From the NCBI GenBank assembly GCA_963814585.1, contig CAWFDF010000016.1, positions 45,966 through 109,965 on the forward strand: a stretch of DNA of 64,000 nucleotides. Reading direction: 5' to 3'. The notes beneath the pieces are model-generated. The model was given only the letters and a program-made list of their open reading frames with translations, did not search any database and was not told where the DNA came from. Positions 19,645 through 31,130 of the stretch are shown piece by piece. How positions within the stretch are numbered: the first letter of the stretch is position 1; every line of letters starts with the position of its first letter. The position numbers and the translations under genes were made by a program. Source of the DNA: an uncultured delta proteobacterium (GTDB lineage: Bacteria > Myxococcota > Myxococcia > Myxococcales > Anaeromyxobacteraceae).

Positions 19645-19899
19645 GCTCCGGGCGGCCTGGGCCACCCCCGGCGTCAGGCCCAGCGGCGTCAGCGCGTCGC
19701 TCCCGGCCGCGATGCAGGCGGCGAACTGCCCGGGCGAGCGCAGCGGCGTGCCGTTGGAGGCGTCCTCGGCGGCGAACTCGATCACCACCGCCTCGATGCC
19801 GGAGAGCTGGCGCGACCGGCCCAGCAGGACGCCGCCGTGCTCCCGGTAGAAGTTGCCATAGGACTGGCAGTAGAGCTGGTAGAGCTGTGCGGTGTACAC
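19585..19899 (-). CDS. Small hypothetical protein (MYTAQLYQLYCQSYGNFY…)
   Basis: GGGAGG RBS before the GTG; non-shadow composition; overlaps the EAL gene 3' end by 60 nt. Confidence 0.55.
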   Translation of the reverse strand: MYTAQLYQLYCQSYGNFYREHGGVLLGRSRQLSGIEAVVIEFAAEDASNGTPLRSPGQFAACIAAGSDALTPLGLTPGVAQAARSSPAGVLLQQRDRGVAVDGR

Positions 19900-20051
19900 G
19901 GTCGCCTCCCGCCGGCGCCGCTCCCAGCCCGCCCTCCACGCCCTCCCGATGCGCCAGCCACCTCGAATATGATCTCCTCCCCCGATCGGCGCAAGCCCTG
20001 CCAGGCGACGGTACCGTGACAGATGGTGCGGATCGATGTCGCACCCCGGCA

Positions 20052-20097
20052 GCGCGCGCCGCCTGGCTTGCGCTCGGCGCGGCCAGGCGGCGTGCGC
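20052..20097. repeat. GC-rich inverted repeat (15 of 16 bp arms) downstream of the OYE gene; possible terminator or stabiliser
   Basis: GCGCGCGCCGCCTGGC…GCCAGGCGGCGTGCGC; no U-tract. Confidence 0.4.
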
Positions 20098-20129
20098 CGA
20101 GGCCGTGACCGGCCCGGGCGCGTGGCGGC

Positions 20130-21194
<1,065 letters not shown>

Positions 21195-21354
21195 TCATGG
21201 CCCGGCGCGGGCCGGGGCACATCCCCAATCCCCGGGCGCTCTGGCCCTGGCGACGGGCAGCGTCCGCACGGGACGCGCGCCCCCGGAATGGAGGACGGGC
21301 GGCGGGGTCACCGCCGCCCGCCTGGGGGAGCGCCGCGCTGGAGCCGGGGCGAGG

Positions 21355-22581
21355 CTACTTGCCGCCGCCCGCCAGGTCGCGCCGGTAGGTGATGCCGGCC
21401 GAGAGGATCCAGGCGTTGGTCTGGTACGAGCCCGGGAAGGCCTCGCCGGTGGCGGTCACCTCGTCGAACAGGGCGTAGAAGAAGGCCGCGTTGGCGGTGA
21501 GGTTGGGGCTGAAGGCGTAGCCGGCGCCCACCGAGCCGGCCCAGGAGTCGCCGTCGGGCAGGCTCGGCGAGTAGGTGTCGGTCTTGAAGCCGGACAGGTC
21601 GCGCAGCAGGCCGGCCCGCAGGTTCAGCTTCTCGTTGGCGGCGTACTCGACGCCGAACCGGTAGGTCTGCCCGTTGCCGTAGTCGCGGGGGACCTCGATG
21701 ACGACGCCCTTGTCGCCGACGAAGGTGTCGGCCTCGTACACCTCGTACCAGGTGTAGGTGAAGCCGGCGGTGACGAGGACCGGCTTGGCCACCTGCCAGG
21801 CCACGGCCGCGTTGAGCACGGCCGGGAAGGTCAGGTCGTGGGTGACGCCCTGGTCCTGCACCGAGGTCGCCAGCGCCGGAGGGACCTGGAAGTGGCCGTC
21901 GCCCTCGAGCGTCATGGCCCCCTGGTACTTGTAGTCCACCGCCAGGGTCAGCGGCTGGATGGGCTGGTACTCGGCCGAGACGTCGAAGGAGAAGGCGCCA
22001 CCGGCCGTGGAGAGCTCGCCGTAGGCGTCGGGGAAGGGCTGGATGCCCTGCTTCAGGTACTCGGTGGTGTAGTAGTAGACGAGGCCGCCGCCGAGCCGCA
22101 GCTGCGGGATGAGCTCGTAGCCACCGGTCAGGTAGAGGCCGTAGACCTTGCGGTCGACCTCGATGATGGCGCCGCGGCCGGCCCACTGCGGGTCCCAGTT
22201 GACGTTGCCGCCGCCCGGGACGTTGAGGCCGAAGCCGACGCCGGCCCGCCGCCCGCCCAGGTCGAAGCCGTAGGAGGCGAAGAGCGCCACCGGCGGCACG
22301 GGGGCGAAGTCGGTGGTCTCCGGGGACGGCGCGAGGCCGCTGCCGGCCGGGGCGGTCCACTCGGTGGTCAGCACCAGCATGGAGGCGTTGAGGGACAGGT
22401 TGAGCCCGGGCAGGCGGGCCAGCCCGGCCGGCATGGCGTAGGCAGCGCCGGCGTCGTTCTGGGCGGCGTCGGCCGAGCCGGACAGCGACAGGTCGCGGGG
22501 GGCGACGTTGGGGACGTCGTAGCCGTTGGCCAGCGTGACGGCCGGGAGGACCAGCGCGGCGAGCAGGATGATCTTCTTCAT
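21355..22581 (-). CDS. FadL/OmpP1 long-chain fatty acid outer-membrane transporter
   Basis: Signal peptide, NGY N-terminal hatch, MPAGL (NPA-like) motif, PSLPD, beta-barrel pattern. Confidence 0.85.
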   Translation of the reverse strand: MKKIILLAALVLPAVTLANGYDVPNVAPRDLSLSGSADAAQNDAGAAYAMPAGLARLPGLNLSLNASMLVLTTEWTAPAGSGLAPSPETTDFAPVPPVALFASYGFDLGGRRAGVGFGLNVPGGGNVNWDPQWAGRGAIIEVDRKVYGLYLTGGYELIPQLRLGGGLVYYYTTEYLKQGIQPFPDAYGELSTAGGAFSFDVSAEYQPIQPLTLAVDYKYQGAMTLEGDGHFQVPPALATSVQDQGVTHDLTFPAVLNAAVAWQVAKPVLVTAGFTYTWYEVYEADTFVGDKGVVIEVPRDYGNGQTYRFGVEYAANEKLNLRAGLLRDLSGFKTDTYSPSLPDGDSWAGSVGAGYAFSPNLTANAAFFYALFDEVTATGEAFPGSYQTNAWILSAGITYRRDLAGGGK

Positions 22582-22594
22582 GTCGTAACCTCGC

Positions 22595-25500
22595 CTACGG
22601 CAGGGTCACGGTCGCCGCGGGCGCCGTGAGATCAAGGAGGAAGAGGGAGGCGTCGGCCTGGACCACCGGGCTGGTGGCCAGCATGGAGTGCGAAACCGGG
22701 GTGCCGCCGGCGCCCTGGTAGAGCGTGGTCAGGCCGAAGCTGAGCCCGTCCAGCAGGTAGTTCGCCGAGTTGGGGACCACGGTGTCGCCGAGGGCGACCT
22801 GCGAGAAGATCTCCTTGGCGGCCTGGGCCACCGAGCCGGCCGGGTCGGCCAGCAGGTCGGGCAGCGGCGCGGCGCGCAGGTGGAGCGCGTAGTTGATGGG
22901 ATCGCCCGGGTCCATGACCCACTTGGCGATGTTGATGATCTGCATGAAGGCCGCGGCGACGACGGGGTCGAACGTGGGGCTGGCCGGATCGATCATGCCG
23001 AAGGAGAAGGCGGTGCCGGGCGGCAGCGCCCCGGCGGCCTGGAGCAGCCCGGTGAAGAGCGGCGCCAGCGCCACCTGGAAGGTCGGCGAGGTGATGCCGA
23101 TGTCCACGAAGGTGCCGCCGCCCACCGACATGGCGGCGCGGGAGTAGCGGGGATTGGTGGCCACCACGCTGGTGCCGCCGATGGAGCCCAGGCTGAGCCC
23201 CTCGTAGTAGGCCGTGGTCGGGTCGACCACGATCCCCGACGCCAGCAGCGCCGAGGCGAACGGGTTGGCGGCCGGCTGGATCGGGTAGCCCGGGGCCGGC
23301 GGGCGGGCCAGGGCCAGGACCAGCGCCGCCTGGTCGAGCAGGTTCTGCCGGAAGGCGTCCCGCATGCGGAAGAAGTTGGCCGAGAGGAAGTAGCGGGAGG
23401 CGACCAGGCCGGGCGTGGTGCCGGCGCCGCAGACGCCAGGCGGGACCGCGTCACCCTGGCCGGCGCTCCCGGCGAAGGCGCCGGACTTGTCGCAGGCGCC
23501 GGCCGGGGGGATGCCGCCGGTGGCGGCGTCGATGCAGTCGGTGTCGGCGGCGCACCAGTTGCGGCCGCCGTGGAGCGGGAAGTCGATGGCCGCCGCCACG
23601 AAGCCGCGCTGGGCCAGCGAGGAGGCGGTGGCGAAGAGGTGCTCCTTGGAGCCGTTGAGGCCGTGGCCGAAGACCACCAGCCGGGCGCAGCGGGCGCCGC
23701 TGCCGCCCGGGCAGAGGGGGACCACCGCCGGATCCGGGAAGGCCACCAGCGCGTGCAGCTCGGTGAGGAGCGTCGGGAGGACCGCCGGGTTGGCGAGGTC
23801 GCTGGCCAGCGTCGGGCGCAGGGCGCCGGTGCCCTTGTCGATGGCGTCGACGCTCTTGAACCGCACGTCGTAGAAGCCGGCCACGCCGGTGAGGGGCGTC
23901 CCCACCGGCGGCGTCACCGCGACCAGGGCGGCGTCCGGCGTGAAGATGGCGGTCGCGGCGCCGGCCTCGATGGAGTAGGGCGCCGCCGAGAGCGCCAGCG
24001 AGGTGCCGACGATGCTCTGGGTCTTGAAGGTGTAGGCGGTGGCCACGTCGTTCTTGGTGGTGCCGGCGGGCAGCAGGCCCGGGCCCCAGACCGGCTCGAG
24101 CGCGGCCTGCATGTCGGCCAGCGCCCTGGCGGTGGCGTCGCCGACGCCGGGGATGTCCGAGCTGCCATCGGCCTTCAGGATGTGGGTGAACTCGAGGATG
24201 ATCTTGGCGACGGTGGGACGGACGAAGGGCCGGCCGAGGACGTCCTTGACGCGGCCGGTGATGACCACGCCGTAGAGGGTGTCCTGCTGGAGCGGCGGGA
24301 GCTCGAAGGTGCCGACGCCGGCCACCGGCGCGTGGGCGGCCGGCTGCAAGGCGACGACCGAGGTGCAGCCGCCGGCGATCGGGCAGCCGGCCTCGCCCTG
24401 CTTGGCGGAGAGGTTGGGGGGCCCGGCGATGTAGCCGGCGGTCGTGCCGTTCCCGCCGCCGCGGAGGTCCGACCCCAGCTCCTTGACCAGCGACGCCGAG
24501 TAGGTGGGCGGCGTGGTGGAGGCGTCCTTGGTGATCCTGTAGAGGAAGACGTTCTCCCCGCGGACCGTGCTGGCGTCGACCGGGACCGAGGTCTGGGCCA
24601 GGATGGTGGCGGTGGTGGAGAAGCCGTCGAGCGTGGCGATGCCCCCGGCCAGCGGGCCGAAGGCCGGGTTCTGGGCGATGGTGCCGTTGGGGCCGGTGCG
24701 GAGCAGGTCGATGGGCAGCGGGGCCTGGCCCGAGCCGGCGTCGATGAGCACCACCGGGCCGGTCGAGGGGGCGGTGCCGAAGGTGGCGATGGTGGCGGTC
24801 TCGGCGTGGGGGAAGGCCGCGCCGATGGCCGTGAAGGCCGGGGTGACGCTGGCGCTGGGCGCCGGCCTCCAGGTGCCGCTGGCGTTGCTCCAGGTGAGCG
24901 GCTGCCAGGTGGCGGCGCGCAGCGTCTCCAGCGAGGAGATCTCGTCGTTGTTGGTGCCGTTCTGGTTGGAGTCGGGGATGGCGCCGAGCGGCTGGTTCTC
25001 GGTGAGGGTCAGGTCCTTGTTGGGGATGACCAGGGCCACCGCCGAGTCGGCGCTGAGGGCCAGTCCGCCGGTGGTCTTGACGCCGCTGGCGCCGCCGCGA
25101 ACGGCGACGGCGTAGCGGGCGCCGGCCTCCCAGCGACGGCCGTTGGCGTCGGCCCTCTTGCGGAGGGTGAGCAGGCCGGGAGCGACCACGGCGTCATAGG
25201 CCACGGCCACGGGCGGGGCCACGTCGACGCGCATGATGGCGACCGTCGCGGCGGTGATGGTGGCGGGGTCGAGGCTGGGCGGCGCCGCCGGAGCGTAGTG
25301 GCCGTAGGGGTACGCCGCCGTCGGGATCGCGTCCCAGCGCACCGCGTTGACCGGGATCGAGATCGGCACCTCCTGGTCGCTGGGGAAGCCGCCGGCCTTC
25401 ACGAAGGTGCAGAGCAGCTGCGCCTGGCCGTCGGGCAGCACCGAGCAGGGCACGCCCGGCACCTGGGCCAGCGCCAGGTCGTTCGGGGTCGGGATCACGG

Positions 25501-25612
25501 GCGACGAGAAGGTCGCGAAGACCAGGTCCGGCGCCTGCGGCTCCTGCGTGGCGCTCTTGCAGGCGGCGAGCGCGAGGACGAGGACCAGGCTTGCGGCGCG
25601 GCGAAGTGACAT
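22595..25612 (-). CDS. Large lipoprotein lipase (Pla-1/Cef-like alpha/beta hydrolase with Ig-like N-terminal domains)
   Basis: Lipobox LAAC; LDGFST, VFGHGL, IDFPLHG, GLSLG nucleophile elbow, DPGDP, GDTVVPN, terminal His. Confidence 0.8.
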   Translation of the reverse strand: MSLRRAASLVLVLALAACKSATQEPQAPDLVFATFSSPVIPTPNDLALAQVPGVPCSVLPDGQAQLLCTFVKAGGFPSDQEVPISIPVNAVRWDAIPTAAYPYGHYAPAAPPSLDPATITAATVAIMRVDVAPPVAVAYDAVVAPGLLTLRKRADANGRRWEAGARYAVAVRGGASGVKTTGGLALSADSAVALVIPNKDLTLTENQPLGAIPDSNQNGTNNDEISSLETLRAATWQPLTWSNASGTWRPAPSASVTPAFTAIGAAFPHAETATIATFGTAPSTGPVVLIDAGSGQAPLPIDLLRTGPNGTIAQNPAFGPLAGGIATLDGFSTTATILAQTSVPVDASTVRGENVFLYRITKDASTTPPTYSASLVKELGSDLRGGGNGTTAGYIAGPPNLSAKQGEAGCPIAGGCTSVVALQPAAHAPVAGVGTFELPPLQQDTLYGVVITGRVKDVLGRPFVRPTVAKIILEFTHILKADGSSDIPGVGDATARALADMQAALEPVWGPGLLPAGTTKNDVATAYTFKTQSIVGTSLALSAAPYSIEAGAATAIFTPDAALVAVTPPVGTPLTGVAGFYDVRFKSVDAIDKGTGALRPTLASDLANPAVLPTLLTELHALVAFPDPAVVPLCPGGSGARCARLVVFGHGLNGSKEHLFATASSLAQRGFVAAAIDFPLHGGRNWCAADTDCIDAATGGIPPAGACDKSGAFAGSAGQGDAVPPGVCGAGTTPGLVASRYFLSANFFRMRDAFRQNLLDQAALVLALARPPAPGYPIQPAANPFASALLASGIVVDPTTAYYEGLSLGSIGGTSVVATNPRYSRAAMSVGGGTFVDIGITSPTFQVALAPLFTGLLQAAGALPPGTAFSFGMIDPASPTFDPVVAAAFMQIINIAKWVMDPGDPINYALHLRAAPLPDLLADPAGSVAQAAKEIFSQVALGDTVVPNSANYLLDGLSFGLTTLYQGAGGTPVSHSMLATSPVVQADASLFLLDLTAPAATVTLP

Positions 25613-25758
25613 CGGGATCTCCTCGTGACGGAGAGTCACGGCGGTGGACGGGCTGCGACCAGGTGATCCCCTGATCTGGGTCACACTGACACCGAAGTCA
25701 ACGATTCATGGCTGACGCGTCGCGTCGGTCCGGAGTGAAGCGCCGGCTCGCGGCGCCC

Positions 25759-27084
25759 TCAGATGCGGCGCCGGTCGACCACCCTGCGGGCCTGCCCCTC
25801 GCTCCGCGCCAGCGTGCGCGGGGCCACCAGCGTCACCTTCACGCGCAGGCCGATGGCCCCTTCGACGGCGTCGGCCAGCAGGGCCTGCTGGCGCGCCAGC
25901 TCGCCCAGCCGGTCGGAGAAGAAGGCGGCGGTCACCTCGACCTGCACCTCCATCTCGTCGAGCGCCCTCTCGCGGGTGAGCACGATCTGGTAGTGCGGCA
26001 GCGTCCCCTCCACCGCCAGCAGCGCCGCCTCCACCTGCGAGGGGAAGACGTTGATGCCCCGGACGATGAACATGTCGTCGGAGCGGCGGCCGATACGCCG
26101 GATGCGCCGCAGGGTCCGGCCGCAGCGGCAGGCGCCGATGCTGATGGCGGTCAGGTCGCGGGTCCGGTAGCGGACCAGCGGCATGGCCTGCTTGGAGAGC
26201 GTGGTCAGCACCAGCTCCCCCTCGGCGCCGTCGGGGAGCACCGCCCCCGACTCGGGGTCGATGACCTCCGGGTAGAAGTGGTCCTCGAAGACGTGCAGGC
26301 CGTCGAGCTGGGCGCACTCGACGCCCACGCCGGGGCCGATGATCTCGGAGAGGCCGTAGAGGTCGTGGGCGCGGATGCCGCTCTCGGCCATGATGTGGCG
26401 GCGCATCTCCTCGCTCCACGGCTCGGCGCCGAGGATCCCCACCCGGAGCCGGCCGAAGGAGACCTTCGCCTCGCGGGCCCGCTCGATGAGGTGGACCAGG
26501 TAGGAGGGCGTGCAGCAGATGGCGGTGACGCCGAAGTCCTGCAGCACCATGAGCTGCCGCTCGGTGTTGCCGCCGGAGATGGGGATGACCGTGGCGCCCA
26601 GCGCCTCGGCGCCGTAGTGGGCGCCCAGCCCGCCGGTGAAGAGGCCGTACCCGTAGGCGTTCTGCACCACGTCGCCGGCGTGCAGCCCGCAGGCGGCGAG
26701 GGCGCGCACCATCACGCTGGTCCAGACCGCCAGGTCGGCCTCGGTGTAGGCCACCACCACGGGCTTGCCGGTGGTGCCCGAGGAGGCGTGGAGCCGGACG
26801 ATCTCCTCCATGGGGGAGGCGAAGAGGCCGAACGGGTAGGCCGCCCGCAGGTCGTCCTTCACCGTGAAGGGGAGGCGGCCGAGGTCGGCGAGGGACCGGA
26901 GGTGGCCGGGGGCGAGGCCGCGCTCCTCCAGCCGCCGGCGGAAGAGCGGCACCCGCTCCCAGCTGCGGCGGACCACCGCCTGGAGCCGGGCCAGCTGCAG
27001 CGCCTCGAGTTGCGGGCGCGGCAGGAAGTCGGGGGCGCTGGCGGGGTGGAAGGCCCCTGGGGCGTCGTCGAAGCGGGTGGTCAT
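25759..27084 (-). CDS. paaK: Phenylacetate-CoA ligase family protein
   Basis: HASSGTTGKP, YGYGLFTGGLG, DLYGLSE, RYRTRD, GRRSDDM, RGINVFP. Confidence 0.92.
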   Translation of the reverse strand: MTTRFDDAPGAFHPASAPDFLPRPQLEALQLARLQAVVRRSWERVPLFRRRLEERGLAPGHLRSLADLGRLPFTVKDDLRAAYPFGLFASPMEEIVRLHASSGTTGKPVVVAYTEADLAVWTSVMVRALAACGLHAGDVVQNAYGYGLFTGGLGAHYGAEALGATVIPISGGNTERQLMVLQDFGVTAICCTPSYLVHLIERAREAKVSFGRLRVGILGAEPWSEEMRRHIMAESGIRAHDLYGLSEIIGPGVGVECAQLDGLHVFEDHFYPEVIDPESGAVLPDGAEGELVLTTLSKQAMPLVRYRTRDLTAISIGACRCGRTLRRIRRIGRRSDDMFIVRGINVFPSQVEAALLAVEGTLPHYQIVLTRERALDEMEVQVEVTAAFFSDRLGELARQQALLADAVEGAIGLRVKVTLVAPRTLARSEGQARRVVDRRRI

Positions 27085-27115
27085 GAACGGGAAACCATCA
27101 TAGACAGGGGCGACG

Positions 27116-28036
27116 ATGAAACCCATCACCACGCTCGATCGGCTGCTGGCGGAGGCCTGCGCCCGCGGGCCGCGCCGGCTGGTGGTGGCGGCGGCCGAGA
27201 GCGAGACGGCGCTGCAGGCGGTGGTGCTGGCCCGCCGCCAGCGGCTGGCGGAGGTGAGCCTGGTGGGCCACCGGGCCGCCCTCGGCGCCGCGCTCACGGC
27301 CATGGGCGAGGACCCGGCCCACTTCGACCTCCGCCCCGCCGCCGACGACCTCGACGCCGCCCGGCGGGCGGTGGCCATGGTGCGGGGCGGCGAGGCGGCC
27401 GTCCTCATGAAGGGGCGGCTCTCCACCGCCGACCTGCTGCGCGCCGTGCTGGACCGGGCCAGCGGCCTGCGCACCGGCCAGCTCCTCTCCGACGTGCTGG
27501 TGGCCGACCACCCGCTCTCGCGCGAGCGGCGCCTGCTGGGGGTGACCGACGGCGGCATCAACGTGGCGCCGACGCTGGACCAGAAGCGGGCCATCATCGA
27601 GAACGCCGCCGCGCTCTTCCGCCGGCTCGGCCACGCCCGGCCGCGCATCGCCTGCCTCTGCGCGGCCGAGGTGGTCACGCCCGCCATGCCCCACACCCAG
27701 GAGGCGGCGGCCCTGGCCGAGCTGAACGCCCGCGGCGAGCTGGCCGGCTGCGAGGTCTCCCCGCCGCTGGCGCTCGACAACGCGCTCTCGCCGGAGGCGG
27801 CCGAGCTGAAGGGGATCACCCATCCGGTGGCGGGGCGGGCCGACGTCCTGCTGGCCCCCACCATCGAGACCGGCAACGCCCTCGGCAAGGCCTTCACCTA
27901 CCTGGCCCACGCCCACGTGGCCCACGTCATCGTCGGGGCCCGGGTGCCGGTGCTCATCCCCAGCCGCGCCGAGCGGGCCGAGGACAAGCTCCTCTCCATC
28001 GCCCTGGGCATGCTGGCGGCCGGAGCCGAGCCGTGA
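27116..28036 (+). CDS. ptb: Phosphate butyryltransferase
   Basis: LMKG, TDGGIN, PPLALDNA, GNALGK, SRA; coupled to buk. Confidence 0.88.
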   Translation: MKPITTLDRLLAEACARGPRRLVVAAAESETALQAVVLARRQRLAEVSLVGHRAALGAALTAMGEDPAHFDLRPAADDLDAARRAVAMVRGGEAAVLMKGRLSTADLLRAVLDRASGLRTGQLLSDVLVADHPLSRERRLLGVTDGGINVAPTLDQKRAIIENAAALFRRLGHARPRIACLCAAEVVTPAMPHTQEAAALAELNARGELAGCEVSPPLALDNALSPEAAELKGITHPVAGRADVLLAPTIETGNALGKAFTYLAHAHVAHVIVGARVPVLIPSRAERAEDKLLSIALGMLAAGAEP

Positions 28037-29115
28037 CCACCCCGCTGGTCCTCGCCATCAACCCCGGCGCCGGCTCGACCAAGCTGGCGCTCTACCGGGG
28101 CGACGTGGCCGTGCGCGAGGCGCGGCTCGAGCACCCCGAGCTGAGGGCCCGGCCGGCGGCGCGCGTCTGGGACGAGCTCCCGACGCGGCTGGCGGCGGTG
28201 GAGGCCTTCCTGGCCGAGGCCGGGGTGGCGCGCGGCGCGCTCGCCGCCGTGGTCGGGCGCGGCGGCCTGCTGCCGCCGGTGCCGGCCGGCACCTTCGAGG
28301 TGGACGCCGACATGCTGGCCGACCTGGAGCGGGCCGAGCGGGGCGAGCACGCCTCCAACCTGGGCGCGCCGCTGGCCCGGGCCGTCGCCGACGCCCACGG
28401 CTGCCCGGCCTTCGTGGTCGACCCGGTGGCGGTGGACGAGCTCGACCCGGTGGCCCGCGTCACCGGCCTGGCCGGCGTGGAGCGGCGCAGCTTCAGCCAC
28501 GCCCTCAACATCCGGGCCGTGGCCCGGCGCCACGCCGCCGCGGTGGGGAGGCCGCTGGCGGCGCTGCGCCTGGTGGTGGCGCACCTGGGCACCGGCTGCT
28601 CGCTGGCGGCGCTCCGCGACGGCCGGATGGTGGACGTCGTCAACCCGCAGGACGAGGGGCCGATGAGCGGCGACCGGGCCGGCGCGGTGCCCGCCACCGC
28701 GCTGCTCGAGCTCTGCTTCGCCCCCGGGGCCTCGATGGCGACGCTGCGGCGGCGGCTCTTCGGCGACGGCGGGCTCTACGCCCACCTCGGCACCCGGGAC
28801 GTGCGCGAGGCGCTCCTCGCCGCGGCCGGCGGCGACGTCCGGGCGGCGCTGCTGGTGGAGGCCATGACCTACCAGGTGGGGAAGAGCGTCGGCGCGCTGG
28901 CGGCGGTGCTGGAGGGGCGGGTCGACGCCGTCCTGCTGACCGGCGGCCTCGCCCACCTGGCCGGGGTGGTCGAGCCGGTCCGCGCCCGGGTGGCCTTCGT
29001 GGCGCCGGTGGTGGTCTTCCCCGGCGAGGACGAGCTGAGGGCGCTGGCCGAGGGGGCGCTGCGGGTGCTCTCCGGGGAAGAGCCGGCCCGCCGCTACGGC
29101 GAGTCGAAGAGGTAG
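28033..29115 (+). CDS. buk: Butyrate kinase
   Basis: INPGAGSTK, GRGGLL, HASNLG, VDPVAVDE, HALN, PGEDE. Confidence 0.92.
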   Translation: MTTPLVLAINPGAGSTKLALYRGDVAVREARLEHPELRARPAARVWDELPTRLAAVEAFLAEAGVARGALAAVVGRGGLLPPVPAGTFEVDADMLADLERAERGEHASNLGAPLARAVADAHGCPAFVVDPVAVDELDPVARVTGLAGVERRSFSHALNIRAVARRHAAAVGRPLAALRLVVAHLGTGCSLAALRDGRMVDVVNPQDEGPMSGDRAGAVPATALLELCFAPGASMATLRRRLFGDGGLYAHLGTRDVREALLAAAGGDVRAALLVEAMTYQVGKSVGALAAVLEGRVDAVLLTGGLAHLAGVVEPVRARVAFVAPVVVFPGEDELRALAEGALRVLSGEEPARRYGESKR

Positions 29116-31046
29116 AGCACCAGGCCGAGCGACTGCTCGGCCGGCCGGCGCCGGTACTCGAGCGCCAGCGAGGCCTGGCGGCCGAGGTGGACGCGGCCGG
29201 CGCCGGAGATCGACCAGGTCTCGCCGGTCGGCGTGCCGGGGAGCCAGCGCCAGTCGCCGGAGGCCAGCAGCGCCGCCCGCGAGCCGGCGCGGAGCCGGAC
29301 CAGCGCGGCGGGGCCGAGGCCGAGCCGCCAGCCGCTGCCACCGATCCCCTGCAGGCGGGGCGCCGCCTCCACCGAGCCGTCGGCGAAGAGCGCGGCGTGG
29401 AGCGCGCCGCCGAGGCCGGCCCCCGCCAGGCCGGCGCCGCCAGCGGCCACGAAGGCGACGCAGGAGGAGCAGCCGGCGTCGCGGACGGCCCGGGCCCCAA
29501 GCTCGACGTGCCAGGAGGTCCGCTGGTCGAAGCGGCCCAGCGGCGCCAGCGAGACGATGCGGACCAGGAGGCTCTCGTCGAGCGCCACCGCCGCACCCGC
29601 CCACTCGGAGCGGAGCCGGGTCGGCAGGAACTCGATCTGCGCCTCGGGCGGGTAGCCGTCGGGGGGGTCGAGCAGGTCGTGGAGGCAGAGCCTGAGGTCG
29701 AGGCTGGCGAAGCCGCCCCTGGTGGCGCCGCTCGGCTCCAGCAGGCCGCCGCCCAGGCCGAGGCGGAGCGAGCCGTGACCGCGGTCGGGGCGGCGCTCCT
29801 CGGGCGGCGCGATCACCTGCTCGGCCGACTGGACCGGGATGGCGCTGCGCCGCGCCAGCAGCGCCTGCCGGTCGCGGGCCAGCGCCGGGTCGGTCGCGTA
29901 GATCAGCGCCTTGGCGTGGCGCACGTCCATGAGGTCGAGCGCGGCGTCGAGCACCGCCGCCGACGCGGCGGGGGCGCCCGGCGGGAGCGGCGCGGCCGGA
30001 TCGATCGCCAGCGCCTCGACCGCCTTGGCCTGCGCGTCGTCGAGGCCCCGGGCCCGGGCCTCGAACTGGGTGCGGATGGCCGGCCGGTAGTGGACGGCGC
30101 GGACCAGCCCGGGGTTCTCGAAGAGCACCTTGACGGTGTCGGCCGGGACCACCAGGGGTCGCCACGCGAACGGCTCGACCAGCCGGAGCCGCGGCGCCGC
30201 CGCCTCCAGCGCGCCCAGCACGTGGTAGCTGCAGTTCTCGTCGAGGTACCAGTAGTCCATCCAGGTGCCGCCCAGCTCCCAGAGGTGGGCCACCAGCATG
30301 GCCACCTCGCGCGGCGTCAGCTCCAGGTCGTACTCCCAGAGGTCGCGCGACTCGCTGTCGGCGTACTCGCGCACCTTGTAGTAGTACGGGTAGTGGTTGT
30401 AGTTGCCGTGGAACAGGCCGAAGAGTCCCTGGAAGCCGTAGGCCAGGGCGTTGCTGGTGGTGACCGTCGCGGCGTAGTCGACGCCGTAGTCGAGCAGCTC
30501 GAAGGTCTTGCCGGGGAGCGGCACCTCGGTCTTGTTGAGCCGCAGGAAGGTGTGGCCGAAGGAGCTGGCCGGGTTGTTGAGGTAGTAGCTGGAGAAGACC
30601 ACCGTGACGCTGCGGGCCTGGACCCGCTCGAAGAAGGCCGCCTGCCTGGGGCAGGCGCGTGGCGGCAGCCGGCCAGGGTCGAAGCCGAGCCGCGCCGCCA
30701 GGTGGTGGAGCCGGGCCGGGAAGCGGCAGGCGGGATCGGAGAGCTCGTCCTCGCCGCCGGGTGGCGGGGCCAGCAGGCCGGCCAGGGTGGCGGCGAGCTC
30801 GGCGGACGGATCGGTCTTGCCGTCGGGGGCGAGGTAGAAGCCGGGGCCGTCGGGGTCCCCCTTCACGCCCGGGAGCCAGCGCGGCCGCCAGTGGCCGAGC
30901 CGCAGCCAGCCGGGCTCCTCGGCCAGCCCCAGCTCCGCGGCCCGGGCCAGCAGCGCGGCGAGCTCGAGCGGTGCCGGGGGCGGCGGCTCGGCGGCGGGCG
31001 CCGGGTCGGCCGCGAGGGCCAGCGCGAGCAGGAGCGGGGAGAGCAC
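29094..31046 (-). CDS. DUF4105 (Lnb N-terminal-like) protein with a C-terminal beta-barrel-like region
   Basis: [36 protein letters not shown]. Confidence 0.85.
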   Translation of the reverse strand: MLSPLLLALALAADPAPAAEPPPPAPLELAALLARAAELGLAEEPGWLRLGHWRPRWLPGVKGDPDGPGFYLAPDGKTDPSAELAATLAGLLAPPPGGEDELSDPACRFPARLHHLAARLGFDPGRLPPRACPRQAAFFERVQARSVTVVFSSYYLNNPASSFGHTFLRLNKTEVPLPGKTFELLDYGVDYAATVTTSNALAYGFQGLFGLFHGNYNHYPYYYKVREYADSESRDLWEYDLELTPREVAMLVAHLWELGGTWMDYWYLDENCSYHVLGALEAAAPRLRLVEPFAWRPLVVPADTVKVLFENPGLVRAVHYRPAIRTQFEARARGLDDAQAKAVEALAIDPAAPLPPGAPAASAAVLDAALDLMDVRHAKALIYATDPALARDRQALLARRSAIPVQSAEQVIAPPEERRPDRGHGSLRLGLGGGLLEPSGATRGGFASLDLRLCLHDLLDPPDGYPPEAQIEFLPTRLRSEWAGAAVALDESLLVRIVSLAPLGRFDQRTSWHVELGARAVRDAGCSSCVAFVAAGGAGLAGAGLGGALHAALFADGSVEAAPRLQGIGGSGWRLGLGPAALVRLRAGSRAALLASGDWRWLPGTPTGETWSISGAGRVHLGRQASLALEYRRRPAEQSLGLVLYLFDSP

Positions 31047-31059
31047 GGTGACGAAGGGT

Positions 31060-31094
31060 AAACGAAAGGGGAGCCCTCGTGCGAGGACTCCCCT
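31060..31094 (-). terminator. Intrinsic terminator after the DUF3015 gene
   Basis: Minus strand AGGGGAGTCCTCG-CA-CGAGGGCTCCCCT followed by TTCGTTT. Confidence 0.65.
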
Positions 31095-31130
31095 GGAGCG
31101 GCAGCGCGAGTGGTGCGCGGAGGAAGCGGG

